Shown here one piece after another: positions 51,991-64,000 of a stretch of 64,000 nt of DNA. The stretch is from the human T2T-CHM13v2.0 reference genome, Homo sapiens. The position numbers and the translations under genes are program-made. The stretch lies in the NCBI GenBank assembly GCA_009914755.4, contig CP068257.2:15296001-15360000 (forward strand), written 5' to 3'. A model generated the notes under the pieces. The model saw only the letters and a program-made list of their open reading frames with translations, was not told the origin of the DNA and ran no database searches. The stretch's first letter is position 1; every line of letters begins with the position of its first letter.

Positions 51991-54900
51991 TTTAATATGC
52001 ATTTTTTATCAAAGTCTTCTTTGTAATTCCTATTATCTCAACTTTCAGAATTTCCTTTTCTAGCATTCAGCATGTTGGTAGTAATAGATTAGAACTTTGA
52101 TCATATTCACATAATCTAAAATTCATTTACTTTAAAATCTTTAGAATCTTATTGTATTTTATAAATATTTTTCAATAGTCAAAAAGCAGCATTGAAATCT
52201 CAACAAAGATTCCACCATCCCAGTGGGAATAAATCTCTATTTTACAAGCTATAGCTATCTGAGTCAAAGTAATTTTCTATATTATGTCCCGTTATAAGTA
52301 ATTACATTATTTTTACACTGTTCATCCAATATTAGAGAAAATACTTGAACTCTGCTGCCTGAACATTACTCTAGGCACGATACAAGAGAAAATGTAATCA
52401 TAATATCGACAGCTCTGTTTAAACTCCCTTCAAAGAAGTTTGGATCAGTCTCACACTGTGTCTGAAAGCAGATATTTATAAATTGCTTTGAATTATATGA
52501 CACCTTTCTTCTCCCAAGGAGCTTATTCTTATAGTATTTATTCTGTGGCATTTCAAATAATTGATTTGTTTCAGTGTGCATGTCCAGAGGCCCCAAGGAC
52601 ATGGCCATGTTTTTCACAGATCTAATAACTAAAATTAACTTGGGGCAAAAACCAATGAAGGGAAGCTAATGCAATCAAGTGGGAGGCACGAAGACTCCGC
52701 GTGTTGTGTGTTGTTCATCTCATGGAATATTCTTTGTGTGTGCTGAAAGATATTGAAGATATATAAGATACTGAATTTTCTGTTTCTATTTCTGACCCTC
52801 TGCTGACTCAGTAACTGACTGTGGACAAGGAGACACTAAATATTTTGCAGCTGCACCACATTTACTTAGCAGAAATTATGTTATTGGTGAGCTGTGTTCT
52901 AACAGCATTATCTGCCAGACATTATACTGACTAATGACATCATATTATAAATAAATTAAAATTCCTCAGATGATGAGAACTTCCAAACATAGCTTATATC
53001 TTTTTTTACTGAATAAAACAGAACTCCCACTGCAGCTCCACTCAGAGCCCAACCTAGTGTTACTTGACCCATGAAAATTCCTTGAAGTCTCTAATAAACG
53101 TTTGCCTCAAGAGAATTTAGCAATATTGCCTGAGTTGCACAGTGATCAAAGATCTTATCTAATATAACAACAGAAATTGAAACAGAAGACGACAAAGATG
53201 ATGCTAAAAACCCAATATTCAATAGGTAGCATTTTATAAGACATTAACACTGTTCCTTGAACTTACAATATAACTATTTTCTATTATCTGCCCAGAATAT
53301 AACTATAATGTGTGAAGTTGTATTTAGTTAAATTAGGTTGGTATGAAATGCTGTAATCTAAAAAAAAAGCAAGAATATAAGTCACTGTTGATGTTGTTTC
53401 AGTCTGAATCTAGAGTTAATTTCTACTTTCCATAAGGTATTTGTTTTGTCTTGTTTGGTTTGGTTTTAAATAGATGTCAAATGCCTATGAATTTCCTAGG
53501 AGTATATTTCTCAACATTATTATATGCTCAAGCTGTCAGTATGTCAGACATAGAGAAGAAAGGAGTAAGGAGTATGATACACATCTGTACATTTATTTTG
53601 TATAAATTAATGACAATCCCACTTGAAATCCAATTAATATATTAATAATGAATGCAATCTAGATATCTTGGTAAAATCTCAACAAGAATAAAAACAGATT
53701 TAAATTTTAAAAAATTGTTGTTTTTTGTGTGTATGTGTTTTTAACATAGCCCATTTTCCATTTCTTTTTCCATTAGTTAATAGTTCCATGGGGCTTTCCC
53801 CTGGGCCAATAGCTGGGCTTTGATCTCACATTTCTAGCAAATCTCTGCCAGTGGAGGCAATAGTGTTGCCTGCCAGTTCAATTCAGTTCTTACCTCTTTT
53901 TCTAATTGTTCTGATGTCCTCAGAATCCCATGTGCCAAAATAAACCCTTGTCTGTCTGTTTCACAGCTCTATGTGCCTGAGCTGGTTTCCACAAACACAG
54001 AAACATCTCCTGCACTAATGATCTTCTACACAAGTATAGGTATGAAAAGAGCTGTATATGGGATTCTCTTCAGAAAAGTATTCCTCTGTTCAGTTATGAA
54101 GGTAAAGATTGGGTTCAACTTTTCAAGTTATTCTATGTTATGAAAACTTTTGTTTTCTTTAATAACCTTGATATTAGCCTTTCATCTTAATACATATAGA
54201 GTTAATGATTATGGATTTTAAGGAGGAATAGCTGTCTTACTTCTGTATTTTTCTTCAGTGATGTTCTATTGCACAGATGTAGACACTATGCAGATATTTG
54301 GATTTAACTTTGGTTACTGTCTCTTCAAACAGGTAACACACAACAAGACTTAAAGGTATCGTATGCATACACAATAGCATTCAAAATAATGAATCTCTTG
54401 ACACTTTCTAAATGTTTAGCCCACCTAAGGCACATCTCTCAATATGTCTATAGTAAGAATACAATTAAGAAGTAATCTGTTTTTGCTTCTGCCTCCAGCC
54501 ATGAAGGAGTAATAGGGCTAAGATTTACCCTCCCATTTTAAACAACAAACAACTAAAAAATAAAGTAAAATATAATCAATGGTTTTCAGATATTAGACAA
54601 TGGGTAGTACAGAAGAATAACCTCTGAGAAAAGGAAAAAAAATAAAGTGAGCCCTACAATTGTCCCATCTTGCTAACTACAAATGTTTCCAGGCTAGAGC
54701 ACAGGAAGAAGAAATGCATAGAGAGCCTATGATATTGCTGAATTGAGAAGACAAGTACAGAGTTCAGAGATGCCAAGGCATCTAGAATTCACAGGCAGCA
54801 TACTGGAAAGAGGCAACTACCTAAGAAAGAACCTCAGAGGTCTGCAAAGGGCTCCCCTTGGGGCTTCGTCATGAGCATGAGCATGATTAGCACATGCAGT

Positions 54901-55079
54901 GTGAAAAGCTCCCTATTTCATGGGGCATTGAATAGAGTCCTCAGAAGGGCATTGCTTCAAGCACACCTAGAAAGGATTGGCTTCTTTTCAAGCAACTTAC
55001 TGTTTTACAGAATAAAGTTCAAAACTACTAAAAAGAATGCAAATACTCTAGAATGTCACATATAAAATTTCAATTAAAA

Positions 55080-56560
55080 AATAGGCATAAGACAAAAACG
55101 GGAAAAATCAATCAGTACCAACAGACACAGGAATGACAGACATGACAGAAATAATAGACATGAAAATTAAAGCAGTCATTATAAATAGGCTCATTATGTC
55201 CAGGAAAATAAATGAAAACAATCATAATAAGGAGAGACATGGGGGAAAAAAGATCAAAATCAAATTTCCAAATAAGAAAAATAAAACAAAAGACACATTC
55301 TTTTAGAATACTCTTCTAACATTCACCAAAACAGAGCATATTATGACTCATGAAGCATATCTCAATAAATGTAAAAGATTTTAAAACATGCAAAATATGT
55401 TATCTAGCCAGAATTAAATTAAAAATTAATAACAAAATATATAAATTTCATAAATATATTGAAATGAAACAACCTAACTGTAAATAATTGATGGGTCATA
55501 GAAGAAATCACAAAAGAGATTAGAAAATATGTGAAAAAGGAGATTAGAAAATATATGAACTAAACTAAAATGAAAGCATATTATGCCAAAATTTTGGGGA
55601 TGCAACTAAAGCAGTTCTTAGAGAAATGTTTATAATTTTACAGGTGCATATAAGAAAAGCAGAAGGGTCTACAATCTATGTACTAAGCTTCCACAATGAG
55701 TAATTAGAAAAAGAAGAGCAAATTATATTAAAAATAAGCAGAAGAAAATTACACAAATCGATGAAATAGTAAAGTTATATAAATCTGTATCACTTTGTAT
55801 ACATAAAACTATCTACACACACATGCACACACACACACACATATATGTATAGAGAGAGAGATAGAGAGAGAGAGAAACAGACATAGAAAATCAACTAAAA
55901 GAAAAGTGGCTTATTTGAGATCAATAAAATGGATAAACTTCTAGACAGAATAAAAGGAGAGAAGATGTATATTACCAGTATCAGAAATGAGAGAAGAAAA
56001 CTCACTACAGAGGCTACAAACATTAAAGGAATATTATAAATAATTGCATGCCAATCATTTCAACAACTTAGATGAAATGAACTTTAAAAAATAAACTAAC
56101 AAAACTCATTCCTGAAAAACTAGATAACATAAATAGCCCTTTATCGCTCTAAAAATTGGATTTGTACCACAACTGTCACAGTAATTAAAATCTAGGGTAT
56201 ATAAGACTTCATTGGTGAATTCTAACAACATTTAAGGAAAAATAGTACAAGCTTTTATTTCAGCTCATTCTGATGAGCTATATACAATGACACTCATGAA
56301 CACAGATCTAAAATTGTCAACCTAATTTTAGAAAATGAAATTTAACAATATTAAAAAGACTAATACATCATGACTAAGTGGGATTTATCTCAGAAATAAG
56401 TTTTGTTTAGCACTGGAAAATCAAATAGCATAATTCACCATAACACAGACTCAAACTGAAAGAAAAGATATTCTCAATAGAAGTGGAAAAGCATTTTACA
56501 AAATTTAATATCAACTCATGACTTTAAAACTCAGTGAATACAAATTGAAATTGTGGTAGG
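55080..56560 (+). mobile_element. Ancient L1M ORF2 5' region (sense), decayed
   Basis: A-rich sense LINE sequence with degenerate ORF2-like frames. It contains the (CA)n(GA)n tract at 55815-55875. Confidence 0.5.
55815..55875. repeat. Compound (CA)n-(GA)n microsatellite
   Basis: 'acacacacatgcacacacacacacacatatatgtatagagagagagatagagagagagagaaacag'. Confidence 0.9.
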
Positions 56561-57055
56561 TTGAATAATTGACTCCTAATCACTGAAAGCTGTGAGTGTT
56601 ACCTTATATGGTAAGAGGGACTCTGCAGGTATGATTAAATCTTCATATGAGGTAATCATCCTGGATTATCTATGTGGGTCCTAAAACAGCCACAGGCATT
56701 CTTATAAAAGGGAGACGGGGGAGATTCTAGTCAGAAGAAAGGGATATGATGACCTCTGCATGAGCGTTTGAGCATGGAAGGACCAATCCAGAGCCAGGGA
56801 ATACAAGGAATGCAGCTCTAGAAGCTGGAAAAGGCAAGAAAATAGATTCTCTCCCTAGAGCTTCTGGAGGGCACATGACCCTGGTGACACCTTGGTTTTG
56901 TCCCAGTATATCTGAGTTCAGATCTCTAGCTTCCAGAAGTGCAAGAAAATAATTTTGAGTTGTGCTAACACACCAACTTTGTGGTAATTTGTTAAAGCTG
57001 TTGCAGGAAACTAGTATGGAAGACAACTTTCTCAGCCCAATAAATGGCATCTAAG
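56560..57055 (-). mobile_element. Old MaLR LTR (MLT1-like) on the minus strand, inserted in the L1M
   Basis: '...gggagattctagtcagaagaaagggatatgatgacctctgcatgag...ccagaagtgcaagaaaataattttgagttgtgctaacacaccaactttgtggtaatttgttaaagctgttgcagg' is the reverse complement of the 'tgtaacaaattaccacaa...' LTR start. Confidence 0.5.
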
Positions 57056-57059
57056 AACA

Positions 57060-58240
57060 GTCAATAGCTAACATCATGCTTAATGATAAAAACTGAATGC
57101 TTTTTCCTTAAGATTGAAAACCAGAATTGGAAGCAAGTATGTCCACTCTTACTACTATGCAACATTATGCTGTAGATGCTAGTAAATTCAATAAAGAAAA
57201 ATGTAAATAAAAAGTATAATAATAAAAAAAGCAGATTTAGGTAGAAAATTTTTTATTTTTTTAAAAAGCTAGTAAAACTAATGAATGAGTTTAGCAAAAT
57301 CACTTGACTCAATTTCAATACTACAAAACTAAATATAGTGGCAAAAAAGCCCAGAAAATGAAATAGAAAAAAAAACCCAATACCATTTACAAAAACATAA
57401 AAATATTAAATACGTAAGACTGAAATTTGACAAAACTTGTGGAAGGTTTCTACACTGAAATCTACAAAATATTATCCTCAAAATAAAGGAAGCCTTAAAT
57501 AAATGGAGAAATGTAGCACAGCCAGTAATCAGAAGATCCAATATTGTTAAAATGTTAAATTCTTTCCAGGTTGACCAAGGTCAAAGGTTGGCAAACTTTT
57601 TCTGTGAGGAACCAGATAGTAAATATTTTAGGCTTTGCAAGCTATGTATCGTCTCTATTATACATTCTTTGTTTTTTGCTTAGGTTTGTTTTTTGCAACC
57701 ACTTAAAAGTGTAATTATAGCTATTTTTAGCTTGAAAGCACTACAAGAACAGACTCTGGGGTGAATTTGACACATGGACTGTACATTACTGACTCCTGCT
57801 GTAGATTCAATGAATCCCAGTGAAAATCCCAACAGGCCTTTATTATGAAATTATATGGAAATACGAAAGTGCTAAAATAGCTAAAGATTGAAAATCAAAA
57901 ACAAAGTTGAAAGACTTATACTTTCTGACTTGAAGACTTATTTTTCAACCCCCAATTAATCAAGTTAGTGTTAGATTCATATCAAGTTATATAAACATAT
58001 ACAGATCAGTGGAACTGGAAAGAAAGTTAAAAAAAAATGCACATATGGTAAATTTATTTTGACAAAGAGACCAAGCAATTCCACAAAAAGGATACTCTTT
58101 CAACCAATAACTCTGGAACAATTGTATGTCCAGTTAGGGGTAAAAGAGAAAACATCAATCATCCCTTACTTCAGAAACATAATTTACAAGTAAATCTGTG
58201 ATTAGGCAAAGATTTCTAAAGAGAACATGAAGATTATGAC
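57060..58240 (+). mobile_element. Ancient L1M ORF2 distal region (sense)
   Basis: Degenerate sense ORF2 frames. The segment continues after the THE1 LTR insertion. Confidence 0.45.
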
Positions 58241-58595
58241 TCTATTAGTCCATTTTCACACTGTGGATAAAAACATACCTGAGGCTGGGCAATTTACAAA
58301 AGAAAGAGGTTTAATGTACTTACAGTTTCACATGGCTGGGGGGGCCTAACAATCATGGCGGAAGACAAGGAGGAGCAAGTCACATCTTACGTGGAGGGCG
58401 GCAGGCAGAGAAAAAGCTTGTGCAAAGAAACTCTGCCTCATAAAGCCGTCTGATCTCATGAGACTTATTCACTATCATGAGAATAGCAAGGGAAAGACCT
58501 GCCCCCTGTGGGTCAATTACCTCTCAATGGGTCCCTCCCACAACATGTGTGACTTCAAGATGAGATTTGGGTGGGGACACAGCCAAACCATATCA
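58241..58595 (-). mobile_element. Solo MaLR LTR of THE1/MST type (minus strand) inserted into the L1M
   Basis: 'tctattagtccattttcacactgtggataaaaacatacctgaggctgggcaatttacaaaagaaagaggtttaatgtacttacagtttcacatggctggg...gatgagatttgggtggggacacagccaaaccatatca' is an almost complete reverse complement of the THE1 consensus. Confidence 0.85.
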
Positions 58596-59890
58596 ATGGC
58601 CTATTGAAAATATCAATAGTGTTGGATTTTATAAAAAGGTAAAACCTTTGTTTTTTGTAGGACATTATTAAGGAAATGGAAGGACAAACCACAAACAGGG
58701 AAAATATATTTTAAGGAACTTCCAGCTAGAACAGGAATCAGCCAACCAAGGCATGGGGCAAACCTGGTCTGCCATTTTTGAAAGTAAAGTTATGTTCATT
58801 TATTTATGTCTTGTATGTAGCTCTTTTCATGACAGAAGGCCAGAGTTGAATAGCTGCAACAGAAATCATATGGCCCATAAAGCCTAAAATATTCACTGTT
58901 TGATCCTTTACAGACACGGTATACCAACCCCTGAGCTGGAATAAATATAAAGAACTTGTGTGGCTCAACAATAAATAACCCAATTTTCATAAATGGGCAA
59001 AGATTTGAACAGACACTTCACAAATGAAGATATATGAATGGCCAATCAACATATGAAAAGCTTTTCAAAATCATTAGTCATTAGGGAAATGCAAATTAAC
59101 AACACAATAGACAGCACTTTAAACCCATTAAAATGGCTAAAATTAAAGACTGTTCATACCAACTGAAAAATGGGAGGAGAAGCCACCAGAATTCACAAAT
59201 ATTACTGGTGGGAATGTGAAAAAAAAAATTGTAAATCACTTTTGAAAATTATTTGATAATGTCTTTAAAAGCTAAATGTACACCTTCTATACAACTCAGT
59301 CACTCTAAACCTAGGTCAACCTAGGTATTTACCTAGAAAAATACAAGAATATGCCAATACAAAGGCATGTTCACGAATGCTTATCACAGCTTAGTATGTT
59401 ATAGCCCAAAACTAGTAACTGTACAAACATCTATTTGCAACTGAATGTATACACATACTGTGGTATGTCTAGTCAATATAATAGTACTCAGTAATAAAAA
59501 GAGTGATAGAAGCAACTGAATAATAAGGCAAACAACCTGATTTTCAAAGTAATGGGCAAATGAATGAATCTTAAAATAATTATGCTTAATGAAAGAAGTA
59601 AAAGGGGCTACATAGTAAAAGAGTACATATTATATGATTCTAGAAAACATGAAATAATCTAAAATAACAGAAAGCAGATTAGTGGATTCATGGAAATGGG
59701 GGTAGGTAGAATAAGGGATAAATTACAAAGGGGAATGAAGAAATCTTTGAGATTGATAGAAATGTTTATTATCCTTATTGTCATAATGATTTCATAGTTG
59801 TATACATATGTCAAAACTAATCAAATTGTGCGCTTTAAAATGTTACCTTCTTGTGCATCAATTTCACCTCAATAAAGCTATGCAAAAACA
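58596..59890 (+). mobile_element. Ancient L1M 3' end (ORF2 C-terminus and 3'UTR), sense
   Basis: '...NNPIFINGQRFEQTLHK.RYMNGQSTYEKLFKIISH.GNAN.QHNRQHFKPIKMAKIKD...' matches the L1 '...[48 protein letters not shown]'. The segment ends 'cttgtgcatcaatttcacctcaataaagctatgcaaaaa'. Confidence 0.7.
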
Positions 59891-62800
59891 GAAACTTTTC
59901 TTAGACAAAATTTTTATAACTGCAATTTCCCCAACATAAATATTACTCTTGGAGTGTTACTTGTGAAGGAAAAAATAATTATAGTGACATTCAGCCTAGC
60001 TACTCAGATTGTTGTCTGAGAAGAGACAGCTTTGACATTGACTGAGAGCTTTCAGAAATACTGAATCTTTTCACTAACCATACCACCACCCCAGAGCTTT
60101 TGATTAGATTATGCATTTTTTAAAAGGTCTCTAGGTGATTTACATGTACTTTAAAATTTGAGACGTACTGCTCTACAAACAAGAGCTCTGGCTCAAATGA
60201 AAGGTAAAAATCAATACAAAAATTTCTCATCAGAGATGTTATTTACAAGATTCAGGTATCATATCCTGGGTGTTACTAGATAATTCTACAATGTTCTTTG
60301 ATTCTGATTCCACAGTCCCATGTCACTGCCCTTTTCTTACTAGACCTGCCCCCATTTTTCATGTGTCATTTTTCCCCACCTCTTCTGATCTCCCCATACT
60401 TAAGCATAAGTGTTCATTTTTTCATAGATAATGTTAGGTGGTTGCAATCACTTTAAAATCATATTGGCCTCCCTTGCCTCCATTTCTATCTATGATTTCT
60501 TTATATTGTGGTAAAGTCAACAGGGGGTGGTTTCGGAGAGTTACTCACCTGATCTGAATCAAAGTCTCTAAAATTAATTCCAGAAATTATTAACAAAAAT
60601 AAATGAAGAGAAAAAACTGAATGATGTAAACCACTATGCATTTAATTCTTCTTTAATAAATTTTCAATGAAATCTAAGTACAATTGAAAAAAATAAGCTA
60701 AAAATAAAGAGTCGAAGAGAAGAGCATAACACAAAGCAAGTGCATTGAGTAAAGGGCAAACTCTGAGGAAAATATTATCTATTTTAAACTTTAGGTTTTA
60801 CTACATAGGTTTTACTATGTTCTCACACGTATTACATTTTTTTAAATAAATTTGTGAGATAAGAAGTCAAATATCATCATTTTCTAGATGGCTATGCAAT
60901 TTGTCCACTCTCAGCTGGGATTCAAATCCAATTGTTTCAACATTCAGCCTAGTGTTCTCTGCACAGCCCATATTACACGTATGAAATGTCCTTGAAAACA
61001 ACACTGTGAAGATCTCTTTCAAGTTTCACACGTAAGTGTTTGAGTTAAAAACTAAAACAATGCCTTGAAGCGTTTGTTCTTAGGATGAGTCAAAATTTGA
61101 AAGAGTTTGATGCTAAAACCAAAATTGCTTTTGAATTATAAAAGCATGTAAATACAAATTTATCTCCAAGACTTATATTGTCTTTTTACCTAAAAGGAAA
61201 TTGCAGGCTTACGTTTCATTTGGTAAAATATAAAACTTGAAGATATTTTTATGTGAATAGTTTTTTTTAATTAATCAAGTTGTTAATTCTAGTGTTTCTA
61301 GTGTTTTTGCTGAAAAGTAGAGTTCCAGATACCATATTTTAAAAGGTACTGTTTGCAGATTTCTTTCTAGTAACCAAAGAAATATTTCCCCCTTTAGGCA
61401 AATGTACTGTATTTGTCCTACCTTTTATCATGGGGGTCAGCCATCATTTGTATCCTTTTTTCTTTCCTTAAGTGACCATTTCTTTGATTTCTTATTAAAA
61501 AGGCTTGGTAGAAATAGACAGAAATGACACCTAGAAAAGAATATTTCTGCACCTGAAAGTCATAAACTTTCCAATTTAAACTTGGAAAAGTATCTGAAGC
61601 AAGCCAAAATGAGCACAGAGCAAGTCCAATGACAAATGCTTCATTCTTTTTTTTCTCTCGATTTTTTTTTCTTTTTCGCAGGGGTTGGGGGTTAATTGTT
61701 TTGTTTTACTTTACATTTGGTCAGCTGGCACACTGCACAGAAACTTGAGATTTTTTTCCCCTTTCTCATTTCGGTTGCTTTTAGCCATGTCTTAAATTAG
61801 CTTTTCTTTAAGTCTTGAAGGGAGTTGGCTTCCACTCCCCAAATGGAACAATAGTTCCTCCTGAGTGAGAGTGCCAGCTACATATATTATCTGTCCTATT
61901 CCCAGCAGGAACATTCCAGTGACTGCTTATAAAAATTAGTCACATGGATTTTCAGTTTGGGGAAGGGGTGGCTAGCCTTAGTTGTCATCTTTAGTTTGTG
62001 AGAGAATTGAGCTGTTTTTCTCCTTTCAAGTCTTCCATTTACCCATTTTAGACTCTTGTAGATGCTTTAGCTTTTCTTCATGCAGTCAAGAATGAGCCCA
62101 TCTTCGGAAGGCTCCAAGAACTGGGGACACATTTAGCCTGTTAATGCTGCTTAGTTGGCCCAATTCCACTTTGGTTAATTACATTCTGTTCCACAAACAT
62201 ATCTCTTTGCATTTTCATTTGGTGATGAAAAAAGATTGCTTTTCAATCTCCTCTTCTGAGCTCAATCCTCAAAGGCCCAGCATGGATCCATCCAAAGTTG
62301 CCTAAGGAAAAATTCCCCAAGTGTGGGAGAATCCAAAAGAACACAGCCATTCTCAGCCCTCCTCACACCCACACCAAAATCAGTATTGACAGAAAAATGT
62401 ATGATTATCTGACTGCAGAAGTTTGTCCTTTGCTTTAAAAGAGGTATTTATTTACCAAGGGGCAGTGATGACATACTTGAGGATCCATACCAAATACCAT
62501 TCAAGAGAGTCAGGAATTCCTTGGAAACACATTGTCTGTTTCTCTTTAGGAAAATGAAAAGCACTGCAAAGAAATTCTAAAAATCAAATTCCTGTAGTTT
62601 CTAACCTCTTCTTTGATGCTACGTGTTCTATGCTCCAAATGTAGCTAGTATACAAGAGACAGTAATGAAATAGATGCATCTTACCATGATGTCTTTTTTT
62701 TTTATTTTTTTGCTACAATGTTTATAGCAAGGGCTCTTCACTTTTATTTCAATTGCATGAAACAATGTGACACTTGCCTTTCTTATTTTAGCTTCAGAAG

Positions 62801-63681
62801 TTTCTAAAACACTTGTCTCTGCAAGATTATCTTGATCTTAAGGTGCAGGAAATTTGCTTTAAGGCTCTGCTGACTCAACATTTACACATTTTTCTTCTGA
62901 TGAAGTATTTTGTTTCCTTTAAAACCAAATGATATCATGTAACTCAAACAATGTAGAACTATACTAATTATGATCTAAAATGACAGATGTAGATGGAGTC
63001 ATACTTTATGTCTGTTCTTGTAGTATATATAGTCATTATCCATCAAGTATTCACATGTACGCTGGGAATTTTCATACCAACTGCCAAAACTTCAAACTAA
63101 CCACTTAAAAAAAAGTTCGACTTCAAAAGGTTTACAGTTTTAATTTGGACAGCACTGCCAGGAAGTGATCCGTGAACAAATTCATTTTGCTAGTCTTTGT
63201 AACTACAAAGTTCTCATGATTAAGCTTTTTACTTTCTCTTTCTCTTTTTTTTTTTTTCTTTCTTTCTTTTTTTTTGGTGTAGCTTAACTTTATGATTCAT
63301 GGGCTAAAATACAATTCTGAGAGATTTACTGTTGGTGTCATACTTTCACATTTTCTATTACAAGTTTCATATGAATGTAAAATTGTATTAGTTTCTGTGT
63401 TATAAATAGCCTTAAAAGGGGATTAATCATCATAGAACCAAATTGTTTTTCCCAGATATCAGTCATGATAAAGTCAGGAAATATAGTTTTAGGTAAAAAA
63501 GAAGAAGAGAAAACACTCTGAAATTTCTAAATTTTTGGTTAACACTAAGCTTTCTCATACAGAAAAATCACAAATTTGCCCCCTCCCCCCAAAAAATCAT
63601 ACTCAGTTCAATGAGATGGCAGAACAGTGATATTTTCACTTGGAAAAAAAGGAAGAGAATTTATTCATTAAAAAATCACTA

Positions 63682-63989
63682 GGCTGGGCACGGTGGCTCA
63701 TGCATGTAATCCCAGCACTTTGGGAGGCTGTCAAGAGCGGATCACAAGGTCAGGAGTTTGAGACCAGCCTGGCCAATATGGTGGAACCCTGTCTCTTCTA
63801 AAAATACAAAAATTAGCCAGGTGTGGTGGCATGCACCTGTAGTCCCAGCTTCTTGGGAGGCTGAGGCAGAAGAATCTCTTGAACCCAGGAGTCAGAGGGT
63901 TGCAGTGAGCCAAGGTCATGCCACTGCACTCCAGCCTGGGCAACAGAGTGAGATTCTGTTCTCAAAAAAAAAAAAAAAGAAAAGATATT
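63682..63989 (+). mobile_element. Alu SINE (AluS-like) with a poly(A) tail, at the window edge
   Basis: 'ggctgggcacggtggctcatgcatgtaatcccagcactttgggaggctg...cactccagcctgggcaacagagtgagattctgttctcaaaaaaaaaaaaaaa'. The target-site duplication 'aaaaatcacta' is at 63671-63681 and 63990-64000. Confidence 0.92.
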
Positions 63990-64000
63990 AAAAATCACTA

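Overview
This window is primate nuclear genomic DNA, most likely human, and contains no prokaryotic features. It holds at least seven Alu elements with A-rich tails and target-site duplications. It is AT-rich, CpG-poor and dominated by interspersed repeats. One roughly 8 kb full-length older L1 sits on the + strand (4050-12120) with an Alu nested inside it, and the L1 itself is nested inside an old MaLR LTR. Several other L1 segments lie on both strands (1-2400, 19440-26520, 45720-49200), along with ancient L1M remnants (39.9-41.5 kb, 55.1-59.9 kb). THE1/MST-type and MLT1-like MaLR LTRs, MIRs and many microsatellites are also present. I found no convincing protein-coding gene, no rRNA or tRNA, and no CpG island. 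Every ORF of 60 aa or more in the supplied track is explained by L1 ORF1/ORF2 remnants, by Alu sequence, or by translation of tandem repeats. The most unusual structure is a roughly 2.7 kb compound AT-rich minisatellite block at 29690-32405. It consists of at least eight sub-arrays with periods of 24, 26 and 33 bp. It is bounded by roughly 105 bp inverted repeats derived from a MaLR LTR terminus, and it contains a 98 bp near-identical direct duplication (31176-31273 and 32780-32877). Secondary oddities are a head-to-head junction of L1 ORF2 fragments at about 23.1-23.4 kb, an Alu with an internal 33 bp duplication plus a (CTTT)n expansion, a CpG-containing 107 bp tandem duplication, and a short G-quadruplex motif. 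Coordinates of repeat boundaries are from reading the sequence by eye and are approximate, about 20-50 bp. Family names rest on my recall of consensus sequences, not on a database search.
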